Origin: Gemmatimonadota bacterium
GTDB lineage: Bacteria > Gemmatimonadota > Gemmatimonadetes > Gemmatimonadales > GWC2-71-9
Direction: 5' to 3'
DNA: 64,000 bases
NCBI GenBank assembly: GCA_036679645.1
Contig: JAZDCY010000012.1
Coordinates: 88,965-152,964, forward strand
A program made the translations under genes and the position numbers. The notes below the pieces were generated by a model. The model was not told the DNA's origin. It did not search any database and was given only the letters and a program-made list of their open reading frames with translations. This document shows, in pieces, positions 35,743 through 45,361 of the stretch (its first letter is position 1; every line of letters starts with the position of its first letter).

Positions 35743-36981
35743 ATGGTGCCGCCAAGACCGCAAGCCCCGTCCTCCGAAGAGCGTTTGCGACGCCTCATCG
35801 CAGCCGGCGTCGCGATCACCGCGGAACACGCCCTCGACAGCGTTCTCCAAGCGGTCGTGAACGCTGCCCAGGAGGTGATCGGCGCGAAGTACGTCGCCCT
35901 GGGCATCCTGGATTCCACCGGAACCGAGATCGACCGCTTCGTGACGGGCGGCATGCCGCGAGAGGCCATCGACCGGATTGGCCGCTACCCGACAGGGAAA
36001 GGGATTCTCGGGATCCTCATCTCCGATCCGCGCCCCCTGCGAGTGGCCGATGTCGGGAATCACCCAAGGGCGCACGGGTTTCCGGAGCATCACCCGCCCA
36101 TGCACTCGTTCTTGGGGGTGCCAATCGTTGGCCGACTGGGGCCGGTCGGGAACCTCTACCTGACCGAGAAGATCGGGGCGGGGGAGTTCTCCGAGGAGGA
36201 CGAGTCCATCGCGATGATGCTTGCGGCACAAGCCGCGGTCGCGGTCGAGAACGCCACGCTCTATGAGGACAGCCAGCGCCTGATCCACGAGATCAAGTCG
36301 ATGCAGGCATCGCGTGACCGCTTCTACGCGATGATCAACCACGAACTGCGTAACGCCCTGACCGCGGTCTACGGGTGGGCTGATCTGCTGATGCGCAAGA
36401 TGGGCCCCGACGGCCCGCGCGCCGCCCGGGAGGTGCACGAGTCGGCCGAGCGCACGCTCGAGCTCCTCAACGACCTGCTGGACCTGAGCCGGATCGAGGC
36501 CGAACGCCTGCGTCCGAGTGTTCGGGAAGCGGACATCGGCGATCTCGTGGACGACGCCATCGCATCGGTCGAGCCGGCCGCGGCTGAGCGGAGCGTAGAG
36601 CTGGCACTGGAGGGTGTCAACGGCACCGCGCCCTGCGAGACCGACCCTCAACGCGTGCGGCAGATCCTAATAAATCTGCTCTCGAACGCCGTTCGCCACA
36701 GCCCGGAGGGTGGTCGGGTGATGACCCGGACGGTGGCAGACGAGCAGCGGATTCGTTTCGACGTTATCGACCGCGGGCCGGGCATCCCGGCGTCAGAGCA
36801 AGGCCATATCTTCGAGGCGTTTACGCGCGCCGGTGAGAGCGAGGAGCGCGGGACGGGACTGGGGCTCACGCTCTCGAAACAGCTGGCCCTCCTGTTGGGA
36901 GGCGACTTGACATTGCGCAGCACGCCGGGAAAGGGAGCGACTTTCACGCTCGAAATCCCCCGGTGGTTCGGAAAATCGTGA
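35743..36981 (+). CDS. GAF-domain sensor histidine kinase
   Basis: ATG 35743. GAF domain (AKYVALGILD...LGVPIVGRLGPVGNLYLTEK), H-box MINHELRNALTAV, and ATPase motifs LLSNAVRHSP and GTGLGLTLSKQL. Confidence 0.85.
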   Translation: MVPPRPQAPSSEERLRRLIAAGVAITAEHALDSVLQAVVNAAQEVIGAKYVALGILDSTGTEIDRFVTGGMPREAIDRIGRYPTGKGILGILISDPRPLRVADVGNHPRAHGFPEHHPPMHSFLGVPIVGRLGPVGNLYLTEKIGAGEFSEEDESIAMMLAAQAAVAVENATLYEDSQRLIHEIKSMQASRDRFYAMINHELRNALTAVYGWADLLMRKMGPDGPRAAREVHESAERTLELLNDLLDLSRIEAERLRPSVREADIGDLVDDAIASVEPAAAERSVELALEGVNGTAPCETDPQRVRQILINLLSNAVRHSPEGGRVMTRTVADEQRIRFDVIDRGPGIPASEQGHIFEAFTRAGESEERGTGLGLTLSKQLALLLGGDLTLRSTPGKGATFTLEIPRWFGKS

Positions 36982-37038
36982 AGACCCATTCACAGAGCGT
37001 TCAACGTCAGATTACGAGGACAACTTCAGGTTCGAATC

Positions 37039-37737
37039 ATGCGGATACTGGCAGTCGAGGACGACCGTAAGGTCGCCGGTTTCATTGAGATGGGACTCCG
37101 CGAGGAGGGGTACGCCGTCGATATCGCGCGCGACGGAGACGAGGCCATTGTGCTCGCGCACGTGAACGATTACGACGCCATTCTCCTCGACCTGATGCTC
37201 CCAAAAAAGAACGGGCTCCAGGTGGCGGCCGAGTTGCGGCGCGAAGGTCGCACGACACCGATCCTCATGCTCACGGCTCGCGACGCGACCGAGGACGTGG
37301 TCCGTGGGCTCGATGCGGGCGCCGACGACTACCTGGCCAAACCGTTCAAGTTCGACGAACTCCTTGCCCGGCTCAGGGCGCTCGTACGTCGTGGCGGCGC
37401 CACGCGACTCGAGCGCCTGAACGCGGGGCCACTCGAGCTCGATCGGTTGAAACATCAGGCGTTTGCTGGCGGTACGCAGCTCGATCTCACCCCGCGCGAG
37501 TTCCAGTTGCTCGAACACTTCATGATGCACAAGGACGATGTCGTCCGGCGGACGGAGCTGCTCGAGAAGGTCTGGGACATGCACTTTGATCCCGAGAGCA
37601 ATGTCGTGGATGTGCATGTGGGGAACCTTCGACGGAAGTTGCGCGAGGCGGGGTTTGACGGACTCATCAATACGGTGCGCGGCGTCGGTTTCCGGTTGAA
37701 CGGATCGACCGAGGACGCCGACCAGAAGACGAACTAG
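37039..37737 (+). CDS. OmpR/PhoB-family response regulator
   Basis: Receiver domain (MRILAVEDD, ILLDLMLPKKNG, LTARD) and winged-helix output (LTPREFQLLEHFM...NVVDVHVGNLRRKL). Confidence 0.95.
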   Translation: MRILAVEDDRKVAGFIEMGLREEGYAVDIARDGDEAIVLAHVNDYDAILLDLMLPKKNGLQVAAELRREGRTTPILMLTARDATEDVVRGLDAGADDYLAKPFKFDELLARLRALVRRGGATRLERLNAGPLELDRLKHQAFAGGTQLDLTPREFQLLEHFMMHKDDVVRRTELLEKVWDMHFDPESNVVDVHVGNLRRKLREAGFDGLINTVRGVGFRLNGSTEDADQKTN

Positions 37738-37741
37738 GCGC

Positions 37742-39139
37742 ATGGTTTCGCTTCGCCGCACGCTGTCCGTGCGGTTCTCGATCACCATGTTCGTTGCCCT
37801 GCTGGTGATCGCGTTGTGGGCGTTTCTCGGGGCCCAGCGGGTTCTTCGAGACGAGCTGGACCGCGGCCTCGCGGCGGCCGCACATCTAGAAGCCGCGGTC
37901 GTTCTCTCGGGATTGTCCATTCCCGCACAATCGGGATTTGCGGAACGCGACGCCTTCGTCGCGGCGGTGAACCGGTTCGTCGTCGTGCGCGACGCCGACG
38001 CGGCGGTCCTGGCGAGCAACACACCCCTCGGTGCCGACCTGCCCAACGAACCTGGCGCCTTTGCACGCGCGATGGACGGCGAAGCGAGCTGGGCCACGAT
38101 CAAATGGAACGGTGAAGCAATTCGCACGTACCTCCTGCCACTCGACAGTCGTGGAGAGCGCGACGCCCGCGTGATACAGGTCGCCGCCCTCCTGGGCCCA
38201 ATGCACGCCGTGAGCCGAACGGTACTCTTCCTCATGCTCGGCACCGTCCTGCTCGGGATGGTCGCGACGATGTTCGGGGCGGGATGGCTGGCGCGCGCCG
38301 CGGTCGAGCCCGTATCCGAGATCGCCGCGCAGGCGGAGTCCGTTAGACCGGGTGAGGTGAACCAGCGTATCACGGCCCACGCGGGAGTTTCTGAGTTCAA
38401 CGGGCTCGTGCGCGTGCTCAACCAGATGCTCGAACGCCTCGATCGCGGCGTTCTGGCCCAACGTCGCATCATTGCCGACGTGAGTCACGACCTGCGCACG
38501 CCCATCACCGCAATGCTGGGAGAATTGGAAGTCGCGCTGAGGCGGCGGCGCTCGCCAGACCAGTACCAAGCCATCCTGCAGAGTCTGCTCGAGGAGGTCA
38601 ACCACCTCTCGAGCATCAACGAGACGCTCGTGACCTTGGCCCGCATTGAAGCGGGTGAGCTCGCACCCGAACGCGTGCCGACTGACGTCGACGGCCTGCT
38701 GCGCCGCGCCGCGGAGCGCATACGGCCGCGAGCCGGAAAGCGGACCATCTCCATACACGCGCGCATGAACGGCGACGATGAGATCACGATCGATCAGCAC
38801 CTCATCGGTCTGGTGCTCGATCAGTTGCTCGACAACGCCGTGCGGCATACGCCCGATGCCGCAAACATCCAGGTTCGCGCCGCCCCATCCGATGACGCAC
38901 TCGCGGTCACCGTGGAAGACGACGGCGACGGCGTTCCCAACGACGCGTTGCCACATCTCTTCGAGCGATTCTATCGCGGCGACGCCGCCCGGGGGCGCTC
39001 GGCGGGCGCTGGTCTTGGATTGACGGTGGTAGCCGCGATCATCGCCGCCCACGGCGGGGTGATCCGGGCCGCCGCCAGCGACACCGGGGGTCTTCTAATC
39101 ACCTTTTCGCTGCCGCGACAGGCAGGAACCGCCTCCTAG
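37742..39139 (+). CDS. Membrane sensor histidine kinase (periplasmic loop, HAMP, HisKA, HATPase_c); likely cognate of the preceding regulator
   Basis: Two TM segments, H-box DVSHDLRTPITAM, LLDNAVRHTP, and GAGLGLTVVAAI. It starts 4 nt after the regulator's stop. Confidence 0.9.
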   Translation: MVSLRRTLSVRFSITMFVALLVIALWAFLGAQRVLRDELDRGLAAAAHLEAAVVLSGLSIPAQSGFAERDAFVAAVNRFVVVRDADAAVLASNTPLGADLPNEPGAFARAMDGEASWATIKWNGEAIRTYLLPLDSRGERDARVIQVAALLGPMHAVSRTVLFLMLGTVLLGMVATMFGAGWLARAAVEPVSEIAAQAESVRPGEVNQRITAHAGVSEFNGLVRVLNQMLERLDRGVLAQRRIIADVSHDLRTPITAMLGELEVALRRRRSPDQYQAILQSLLEEVNHLSSINETLVTLARIEAGELAPERVPTDVDGLLRRAAERIRPRAGKRTISIHARMNGDDEITIDQHLIGLVLDQLLDNAVRHTPDAANIQVRAAPSDDALAVTVEDDGDGVPNDALPHLFERFYRGDAARGRSAGAGLGLTVVAAIIAAHGGVIRAAASDTGGLLITFSLPRQAGTAS

Positions 39140-39487
39140 CAGGGATTCACGTCGACTTCAGGCGCGGTTCATTCACCTGGCTGATGATGAAGCTGATATT
39201 CGTGAAGGCTCGGCTAGGTTTCTTGCTACATCGACCCCGGCAGCGTCGTTCGTCATGATCCTCGGATCGATAATCCTGCTCGGGACGGGCGTGACCGGAT
39301 CTTGTCCCGTTTACGAGGTTCACCGGAGCCTGCGCCGCCGCCATCACTGACTATTCAGGGCCGTTACACAGTCCACATCCTGTTGTTACAATTCGGACGT
39401 TACCTCACGCGGCTGTGAGGGTTCGGCGGGTTCTCCGTCGTGCCGTAATCGGCCGATCATTCGCGTACTCTGCCGTCTGGAGGCCCA

Positions 39488-39871
39488 ATGCGCTCACATG
39501 TCGCTGCCATCATCGCGCTCGTACTGCCGGTCGCTGCCGTGGCACAGGTTCCGGATTCCCTGCCCGACGGGGTGACCCCGGAGATGATTCAGGAAGGTGC
39601 CCAGCTCTTCAACGGTCTCGGCATCTGCATGGCCTGCCATGGACCGGATGCCAAGGGCACGGCCATCGGTCCGGACCTCACGGACGACGAATGGCTGCAC
39701 ATCGATGGGTCGTTCGAGGCCATCGTGAGCCAGATCCTCGCCGGCGTACTGGCAGATCAATCGAAGTCTGGACAGGTCATGCCGCCCAAGGGCGGGAGCA
39801 GTCTGACGGACGAGCAGGTCCGAGCGGTAGCAGCCTACGTATGGAGCCGTCGATTCGCCTCCGATAGCTGA
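39488..39871 (+). CDS. Class I c-type cytochrome (monohaem)
   Basis: Signal peptide MRSHVAAIIALVLPVAAVAQ, haem-binding CMACHG, and a distal Met candidate (GQVMPPKG). GGAGG upstream. Confidence 0.85.
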   Translation: MRSHVAAIIALVLPVAAVAQVPDSLPDGVTPEMIQEGAQLFNGLGICMACHGPDAKGTAIGPDLTDDEWLHIDGSFEAIVSQILAGVLADQSKSGQVMPPKGGSSLTDEQVRAVAAYVWSRRFASDS

Positions 39872-39894
39872 TTCCTTCAAGAAGGACAGTCACG

Positions 39895-40965
39895 ATGCCA
39901 CGTTGCCGGAACACCGTCGTCGTCGGATTCGCATTCCTTACGCTGGCTGCGGCACCGGCCGCGGCGCAGGCTCAGTTGGCTGACGGTGTCTCCGTGCGTT
40001 TCTCGGGCAGAGTGCAGACGCAGTTCAACACTACGTCGGTTACCGGCGCCTCGAGTACCGAGTTCCTCATTCGCCGCGCCCGGTTGAGTGCAACGGTGAC
40101 CGTGAATGATCTCGTGAGCGGGAAGGTGGATCCCGACTTCAGCGGCGGGAAGATCACGCTCAAGGACGCATACATGAGGCTCAGTTTCGACCCGCGGTTT
40201 CGCCTGACGCTGGGACAGTTCAAGCGTCCGTTCGACCTCTTCGAGTTGACGTCATCGACGCGGATGCTCGTCGTTGAGCGTTCCGGCGGCATCCGCGGCA
40301 TCGACACCTGCGCCGGCCCGGGCGGCATCTGTACACTGAGTCACATGACCGAAAAGCTCCAGTACGCGGACCGCGACATCGGCGTCCTGGCCGACGGACG
40401 TCTCGCCGACGGTATGGTCTCATACGCCGTGTCTGTCACGAACGGCACCGGAGCGAACAGGGAAGACGAGAACGGGAACAAGTCGTTCACCGGACGACTC
40501 ACCGTCGAGGTTGCGCCGAACATCACGATCGGTGGCAACGCCGGTGTGCACGATTATGTGCACCCGACGAGCGGCACCAATCGATACGCCACCGCGTTCG
40601 GGGCGGACGTGGAGATCGGGAGTTTCTCAGAGGGCGTGCACGTGCAGGTCGGGGCAATCGCCGGCGAAAACTGGCAGGTCCCCGTGGGTTCCCAGGACGC
40701 TGCCAATTTCCTGACCGCTCAGGGGATTCTGAGTTACCGCGTCCCCGTCGTCCACCCTTACGTTACCGGCGTCGAGCCTGTCTTTCGTGTGAGTTGGGGA
40801 GATCCGGACACCGACACCGACGGCGACCACGGCCTTCTCTTTACGCCCGGACTGATGCTCCATTTCGAGGGGCGCAACAGGATCGCCGTCAACATGGACA
40901 TCTGGTCTCCCGACAGCGGGGACACCGAGTTCTCGATCAAGGCACAGTCGTTCTTCTTTTTTTGA
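39895..40965 (+). CDS. Outer-membrane porin (phosphate-selective porin O/P-like)
   Basis: Signal peptide ending AAPAAAQAQ, alternating amphipathic beta-strand pattern, RFSGRVQTQFN and LGQFKRPFDL motifs, and a C-terminal aromatic run (SFFFF). Confidence 0.7.
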   Translation: MPRCRNTVVVGFAFLTLAAAPAAAQAQLADGVSVRFSGRVQTQFNTTSVTGASSTEFLIRRARLSATVTVNDLVSGKVDPDFSGGKITLKDAYMRLSFDPRFRLTLGQFKRPFDLFELTSSTRMLVVERSGGIRGIDTCAGPGGICTLSHMTEKLQYADRDIGVLADGRLADGMVSYAVSVTNGTGANREDENGNKSFTGRLTVEVAPNITIGGNAGVHDYVHPTSGTNRYATAFGADVEIGSFSEGVHVQVGAIAGENWQVPVGSQDAANFLTAQGILSYRVPVVHPYVTGVEPVFRVSWGDPDTDTDGDHGLLFTPGLMLHFEGRNRIAVNMDIWSPDSGDTEFSIKAQSFFFF

Positions 40966-40975
40966 AATCGCCGGC

Positions 40976-41803
40976 CTACCGCGGAACCCTCACGGAGACA
41001 CCCGCTCCGACAAACCAATCCTCCGCAGCGGCGTTGAGTCCGACCCCTCCCAAGACATCGAATTGCACAGCCGCAGCTTGCAGGAACGTGATACCGGCAT
41101 CGAGCGAGTGCGCCGTGGCTCTCCCGCCGTTTGCCGGAAGGGTGCCGAACGCTTCGAGGAACGCGCCGACACGATCGGAAAGCCCCGCACCGATAACCGC
41201 CGTGTAGAGAACATCGGCATCCGTCGAGATACCGCCGGCCCCGTCCACCATACCGGTCAGCACGACACCGACGTTTGCGCCCAGTGACACCCGCTCGGAG
41301 AGCGAGTGCGCGGCTGCGAATCTTATCTCGGGAATGACGCGCTCGGCGCGGAACTCCGGCGACCCCGTCGGAATCGTCGCGGTGCCTATGACCGCGACCT
41401 CCGATTGCGAACTCCCGCCCCCCAGCAGTCGGAGCTTCGCCCCCAAGTTGGTGTCTCCGAACCCGGTCTGGTCGCGGTCCACCCCATCGCTCGTCACCGA
41501 CCTCCGCATCCAGCCGCTGACCCCGACGCGGGCCTCGAGCCCGGGCGCCAAACCAACCCTGAACAGTATCTGCGGGACGGCGATCGAGTTCTCCCGCGTT
41601 CCCCCTTGCCGCTCCCCGGCTACGGTGAAACCAGCCTCGAACTGAAAGAACCCTGGCCGTACGACGGTGGGAGACTCCGTCTGGTCCGGACGATCCGTCA
41701 CCAAGGGATCCGGTCGGCCCTGACCCCAGAGAACGGTCATCGGGAGAAAAAGGCTCAGAATTGACCCGATCGTACCGCAAAAAGGTCGCACGTCGCGCTC
41801 CAT
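40976..41803 (-). CDS. Outer-membrane beta-barrel channel (MetA-pathway/transporter family)
   Basis: N-terminal signal sequence followed by the family motif LVTDRPDQTESPTVVRPGFFQFEAGFT. Preferred over the overlapping Arg-rich 340-aa ORF (40758..41780). Confidence 0.7.
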   Translation of the reverse strand: MERDVRPFCGTIGSILSLFLPMTVLWGQGRPDPLVTDRPDQTESPTVVRPGFFQFEAGFTVAGERQGGTRENSIAVPQILFRVGLAPGLEARVGVSGWMRRSVTSDGVDRDQTGFGDTNLGAKLRLLGGGSSQSEVAVIGTATIPTGSPEFRAERVIPEIRFAAAHSLSERVSLGANVGVVLTGMVDGAGGISTDADVLYTAVIGAGLSDRVGAFLEAFGTLPANGGRATAHSLDAGITFLQAAAVQFDVLGGVGLNAAAEDWFVGAGVSVRVPR

Positions 41804-41818
41804 AGTTAGATATCGCGA

Positions 41819-41848
41819 ATTATAAAATTAGGTGAGACGTAATATCAA
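41819..41848 (-). promoter_or_regulatory. Sigma70-like promoter in an AT-rich spacer (TTGATA-N18-TATAAT)
   Basis: Reverse strand: TTGATA (41843-41848), an 18-nt spacer, then TATAAT (41819-41824). The -10 element lies only 15 nt upstream of ATG 41803 and no SD is visible. Confidence 0.45.
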
Positions 41849-41853
41849 CATGG

Positions 41854-43386
41854 TCAATCGGTTGTCAAGCCGGAGCGCCTCAGTTTGCCCCGGTCCACCT
41901 TCCCCAGGTGCGTGCGCGGAAGTGTGGCAAGAAGAACGAACCGACGCGGCACCTTGAAGCGCGCGAGACGCTCACGGACGAAGTTCGCGAGTTCGGCGTC
42001 GAGGTCTGGATGCGCCTCGCCAACGATGAAGGCGTGCGGCCTGATGAGTCCGTGCTCATCCTCGATTCCCACGACCGCTACCTCGTGTACCGCGGGATGT
42101 CGACGCAGGCAGCTCTCGACCTCCTGCGGTGACAACCACTTCCCTGACACCTTCAACATGTCGTCCGCGCGCCCGCAATAGGTCACGTAGCCCTCCGCGT
42201 CGCGGCTGATCATGTCGCCGGACACATACCACTCTCCGCGGAAGGCGGCTCGCGTCTTCTCCATCTGCTGCCAATAGCCAATCGCACGAGAGTCCCCCCG
42301 CACCCAGAGTGCACCGATCTCGCCCGCAAGCACCTCGGTGCCATCGTCGTCACAGACCTTGACGTCGAACCCGGGCACGACCGTACCGAGCGTTCCCGGT
42401 CGCACCTGCCCGGGACGATTGGAGATAAAGATGTGCCACATCTCCGCCGTGCCGAGTCCGTCGAGCAATTCCACTCCGAAAGCCTGCATCCAGCGTTCGT
42501 GCAAGTCAGCAGGCAGCGCCTCACCAGCCGACGTAACGAGGCGCAGCGAGGAAAGGTCGCGCTGGTTTGCGTCCGGCTCGCTCAGCATCTGGTTGATCAT
42601 TGTCGGTACGTTGACCAAGATCGTGGGTCTGAACTCTTCGATTTTCTCGAACAGGCCCGCCGGCGTGCATCGGTCCGGAAAGAGGACCGCTGCCGCGCCT
42701 ACGGAAAAGGGGAAGAACAGGTTCGAGCCGGTGGCATATCCGAAGAAGAGCTTCGGCACGGAGATGGTGATATCCCGCTCCGTGAGGCCGAGCACGCCCT
42801 TTCCATATAGTTCGGTCGTGTTCGCAAATGCGGCGTGGGTCTGTACCACGGCCTTCGGCTGCCCAGTTGTCCCGCCGGAGAAGAGCCAGATTACCGCATC
42901 ATCCCGGTGAGAGGGGAAGGTCTCGAGGTGATCCGACTGTGCCGCCACCCGGTCGTCCCATGCCGGGTCGCCCACTACGACGAGATCGTGGAGATGCCGG
43001 GCGTCACCTGTGGCGGCCGCAAACGTCTTCCGTTGCTCGGTATGTACGATTGCAATCTTGGCGCGCGTGTACTCGAGGAAATAGCCGATCTCTTCCGGCC
43101 GCAGGTACGGGTTGACCATCACCACCACCGCACCAATCTTCACCGTACCGAAGAGCGCGGCGACGAACTCGGGTCCGTCCGGCAGCGCCACGATCACGCG
43201 TTGCTCCGGCTCGACTCCGGTATCACGCAACATGTTGCCCCAACGATTCGCGAGCGAGCGCATGTCGCGGAACGTGAATGTGCCGCGATCGGTGAGCAGT
43301 GCCGGGCGATCGCCTCGACCCTCGCCTATGCGTGCGTCAAGGAAATACTCGGCGATGTTGAACGCTTCCGGTGGCTGGAATGTCAT
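41854..43386 (-). CDS. Aryl-CoA ligase of the benzoate/2-aminobenzoate-CoA ligase family
   Basis: ATG 43386. MTFQPPEAFNIAEYFLD N-terminus typical of benzoate-CoA ligases, AMP motif WLFSGGTTGQPKAV, YVSGDMISRDAEGYVTYCGRADDMLKVSG, and GKVDRGKL. Confidence 0.8.
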   Translation of the reverse strand: MTFQPPEAFNIAEYFLDARIGEGRGDRPALLTDRGTFTFRDMRSLANRWGNMLRDTGVEPEQRVIVALPDGPEFVAALFGTVKIGAVVVMVNPYLRPEEIGYFLEYTRAKIAIVHTEQRKTFAAATGDARHLHDLVVVGDPAWDDRVAAQSDHLETFPSHRDDAVIWLFSGGTTGQPKAVVQTHAAFANTTELYGKGVLGLTERDITISVPKLFFGYATGSNLFFPFSVGAAAVLFPDRCTPAGLFEKIEEFRPTILVNVPTMINQMLSEPDANQRDLSSLRLVTSAGEALPADLHERWMQAFGVELLDGLGTAEMWHIFISNRPGQVRPGTLGTVVPGFDVKVCDDDGTEVLAGEIGALWVRGDSRAIGYWQQMEKTRAAFRGEWYVSGDMISRDAEGYVTYCGRADDMLKVSGKWLSPQEVESCLRRHPAVHEVAVVGIEDEHGLIRPHAFIVGEAHPDLDAELANFVRERLARFKVPRRFVLLATLPRTHLGKVDRGKLRRSGLTTD

Positions 43387-43421
43387 GCGAAGATGATGCG
43401 GTCTGGGGAGACCGGGGGTCA

Positions 43422-44186
43422 ATGCCTGTCCATCACTTGAGTGAGATCACATGGGAAGAGATGCGTGACCTGCCAACGGGCGGGGGCCGCGCGGTCGCGG
43501 TATTGCCCATCGGCGCCCTTGAAGCACACGGACCGCATCTGCCGCTCGGCACCGACGTGATCATTGCCGAGGCAATGGCCCGAGCCGGCGCGGCGCGTTT
43601 GGCCGAGCGGGGCTACACCGTGCTGGTGCTCCCTGCGCTCGCCTATGTGCCCGCCCCCTTTGCTCGCGATTTCCCGGGCACACTGTCGGTTCGGGCTGCG
43701 ACGATGGGCGCTCTGCTCGGTGACATCGCAGAAAGTGTATCGATACACGGGATCACCGTGCTCGCCATCGCGAACGCTCACTTCGATCCCGCCAACGTCG
43801 CTGCAATCAAGCGGGCCATTCACGATGTCGGTTCCCGATGCGATCTCGTCATCGTGTTCCCCGATCTGACATGCCGGAAGCTCGCGGAGCGGCTCACCCC
43901 GGAATTCCAGAGTGGTGCCTGTCACGCCGGCCAATACGAGACCTCCATCGTCCTGGCCGAGCGTCCCGAGACGGTGCGCACGGCAATGTCGAGCCTGCCC
44001 GCTGTGGACATCTCGCTCTCCCGAGCAATCCGTTCGGGGCACACGACATTCGAGGAAGCTGGAGGCGATCGCGCATATTTCGGCGCGCCCGCTGCTGCCA
44101 CGCGTGCAGAGGGAGAGAAGACGGTCCTCGTGCTGGGCGCGATCCTCGAGGAAGCGGTGCAAGCGGAGTTCCCCGATGCGTCTTGA
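43422..44186 (+). CDS. Creatininase-family amidohydrolase
   Basis: ATG 43422. VAVLPIGALEAHGPHLPLGTDVIIAE signature, and HAGQYETS further on. Confidence 0.75.
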   Translation: MPVHHLSEITWEEMRDLPTGGGRAVAVLPIGALEAHGPHLPLGTDVIIAEAMARAGAARLAERGYTVLVLPALAYVPAPFARDFPGTLSVRAATMGALLGDIAESVSIHGITVLAIANAHFDPANVAAIKRAIHDVGSRCDLVIVFPDLTCRKLAERLTPEFQSGACHAGQYETSIVLAERPETVRTAMSSLPAVDISLSRAIRSGHTTFEEAGGDRAYFGAPAAATRAEGEKTVLVLGAILEEAVQAEFPDAS

Positions 44187-44943
44187 GGGTCACACCGCCC
44201 TGATCACGGGCGGCGGCCGGGGAATTGGCGCCGCGACCGCTCGCACGCTGGCGGAGGCGGGTGCCACGATCGTCGTGTCGGCGCGTTCCACGGACGAGAT
44301 CGAGCACGTGGCCGACACGATTCGGAACGGCGGGGGACAGGCGCACGCCATCACCTGCGACGTGACCGATGCGAGCGCCGTGCACGCACTCGCGCGGGAG
44401 GCTGCATCTCGAGTGGGGAGCGTGGACATTCTGGTCAATAACGCCGGGATCGCCAGTTCGTCGCCGTTCGAGCAGCAGACGCTCGACGAGTTCAATCGCA
44501 TCATGGCCGTCAACGCGACCGGCAGCTTTCTCTGCATGCAGGCATTTCTACCGGCCATGCGCGAGGGTGGCTGGGGACGTGTGGTTAACATCGCCTCTGT
44601 CGCGGGGCTCCACGGTGCTCGCTATATCGCGGCGTATGCGGCATCGAAGCACGCGCTGGTGGGTCTCACTCGCGCCGTCGCGGCAGAGTATGCGCAGAGC
44701 GGCGTTACGGTCAACGCCGTCTGTCCCAGCTATGTGGATACGCCGATGACAGATGATAGCATCCTGCGGATCACCGAAAAAACCGGACGCTCTCGCGAGG
44801 AGGTGCTGGCGGCCATCCTGGCGCAAACCGCGCAGGGCCGTCTGATTCAGCCAGACGAAGTCGCGCACGCCGTACTCACGTTGTGTGACGACCGCGCGCG
44901 CGGCATCAACGGCCAGACCATCGTCATCGACGGAGGCGGGTGA
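44176..44943 (+). CDS. Short-chain dehydrogenase/reductase (3-hydroxyacyl-CoA/3-oxoacyl reductase-like)
   Basis: ATG 44176. TGGGRGIGAA, NNAG, and catalytic YAASKHAL. Overlaps the upstream gene by 11 nt. Confidence 0.85.
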   Translation: MRLEGHTALITGGGRGIGAATARTLAEAGATIVVSARSTDEIEHVADTIRNGGGQAHAITCDVTDASAVHALAREAASRVGSVDILVNNAGIASSSPFEQQTLDEFNRIMAVNATGSFLCMQAFLPAMREGGWGRVVNIASVAGLHGARYIAAYAASKHALVGLTRAVAAEYAQSGVTVNAVCPSYVDTPMTDDSILRITEKTGRSREEVLAAILAQTAQGRLIQPDEVAHAVLTLCDDRARGINGQTIVIDGGG

Positions 44944-44947
44944 CCGA

Positions 44948-45361
44948 GTGAGTTTCGAGATCGTCAACCCAAAACTGCTTGGGGTGCCGCGTGGCTGGAA
45001 CAACGGAATGCTCGCGCCCGCGGGCGGGCGTGTCCTCTTCGTCGCGGGACAGACCGCGGGGCACGGGTTGCACGACACACCCGACATCGGGTTCGAGGAG
45101 CAATTCGCGCGCGCCCTCGAGCATGTCATGCACGTGGTCCGCGAGGCAGGCGGCGGCCCGGAGGACATCGGCCGGTTCACCATTTACGTGACCGACATGG
45201 AGGAGTACCGTGCCAGCCTGAAGGCCCTCGGCAGCGTGTACCGGAACATCATGGGGACGCACTACCCGGCCATGGCGTTGGTCGCCGTCACGGCACTCGT
45301 CGATCCGCAGGCACGGGTCGAGATCGAGGCAACCGCGGTCATCTCGGAAAGCCAGTCATGA
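44948..45361 (+). CDS. RidA/YjgF/TdcF (endoribonuclease L-PSP) family enamine/imine deaminase
   Basis: GTG 44948. About 137 aa, with VFVAGQTAGH...PAMALVAVTALVDPQARVEIEATAV, the typical C-terminal signature. Confidence 0.75.
   Translation: MSFEIVNPKLLGVPRGWNNGMLAPAGGRVLFVAGQTAGHGLHDTPDIGFEEQFARALEHVMHVVREAGGGPEDIGRFTIYVTDMEEYRASLKALGSVYRNIMGTHYPAMALVAVTALVDPQARVEIEATAVISESQS

Noticed and set aside
35659-36651. 330-aa - strand ORF opposite the GAF histidine kinase
   Set aside because: Antisense shadow. The + strand carries the H-box and ATPase motifs.
37012-38472. 486-aa - strand ORF (and 37886..39052, 388 aa) opposite the response regulator and kinase
   Set aside because: Antisense to an unmistakable OmpR-type regulator and HAMP kinase. 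Composition is Ser/Arg/Ala-rich and featureless.
40758-41780. 340-aa - strand ORF overlapping 40976..41803 in another frame
   Set aside because: Extremely Arg/Gly-rich. The alternative frame gives a signal peptide plus the TDRPDQTESP outer-membrane channel motif.
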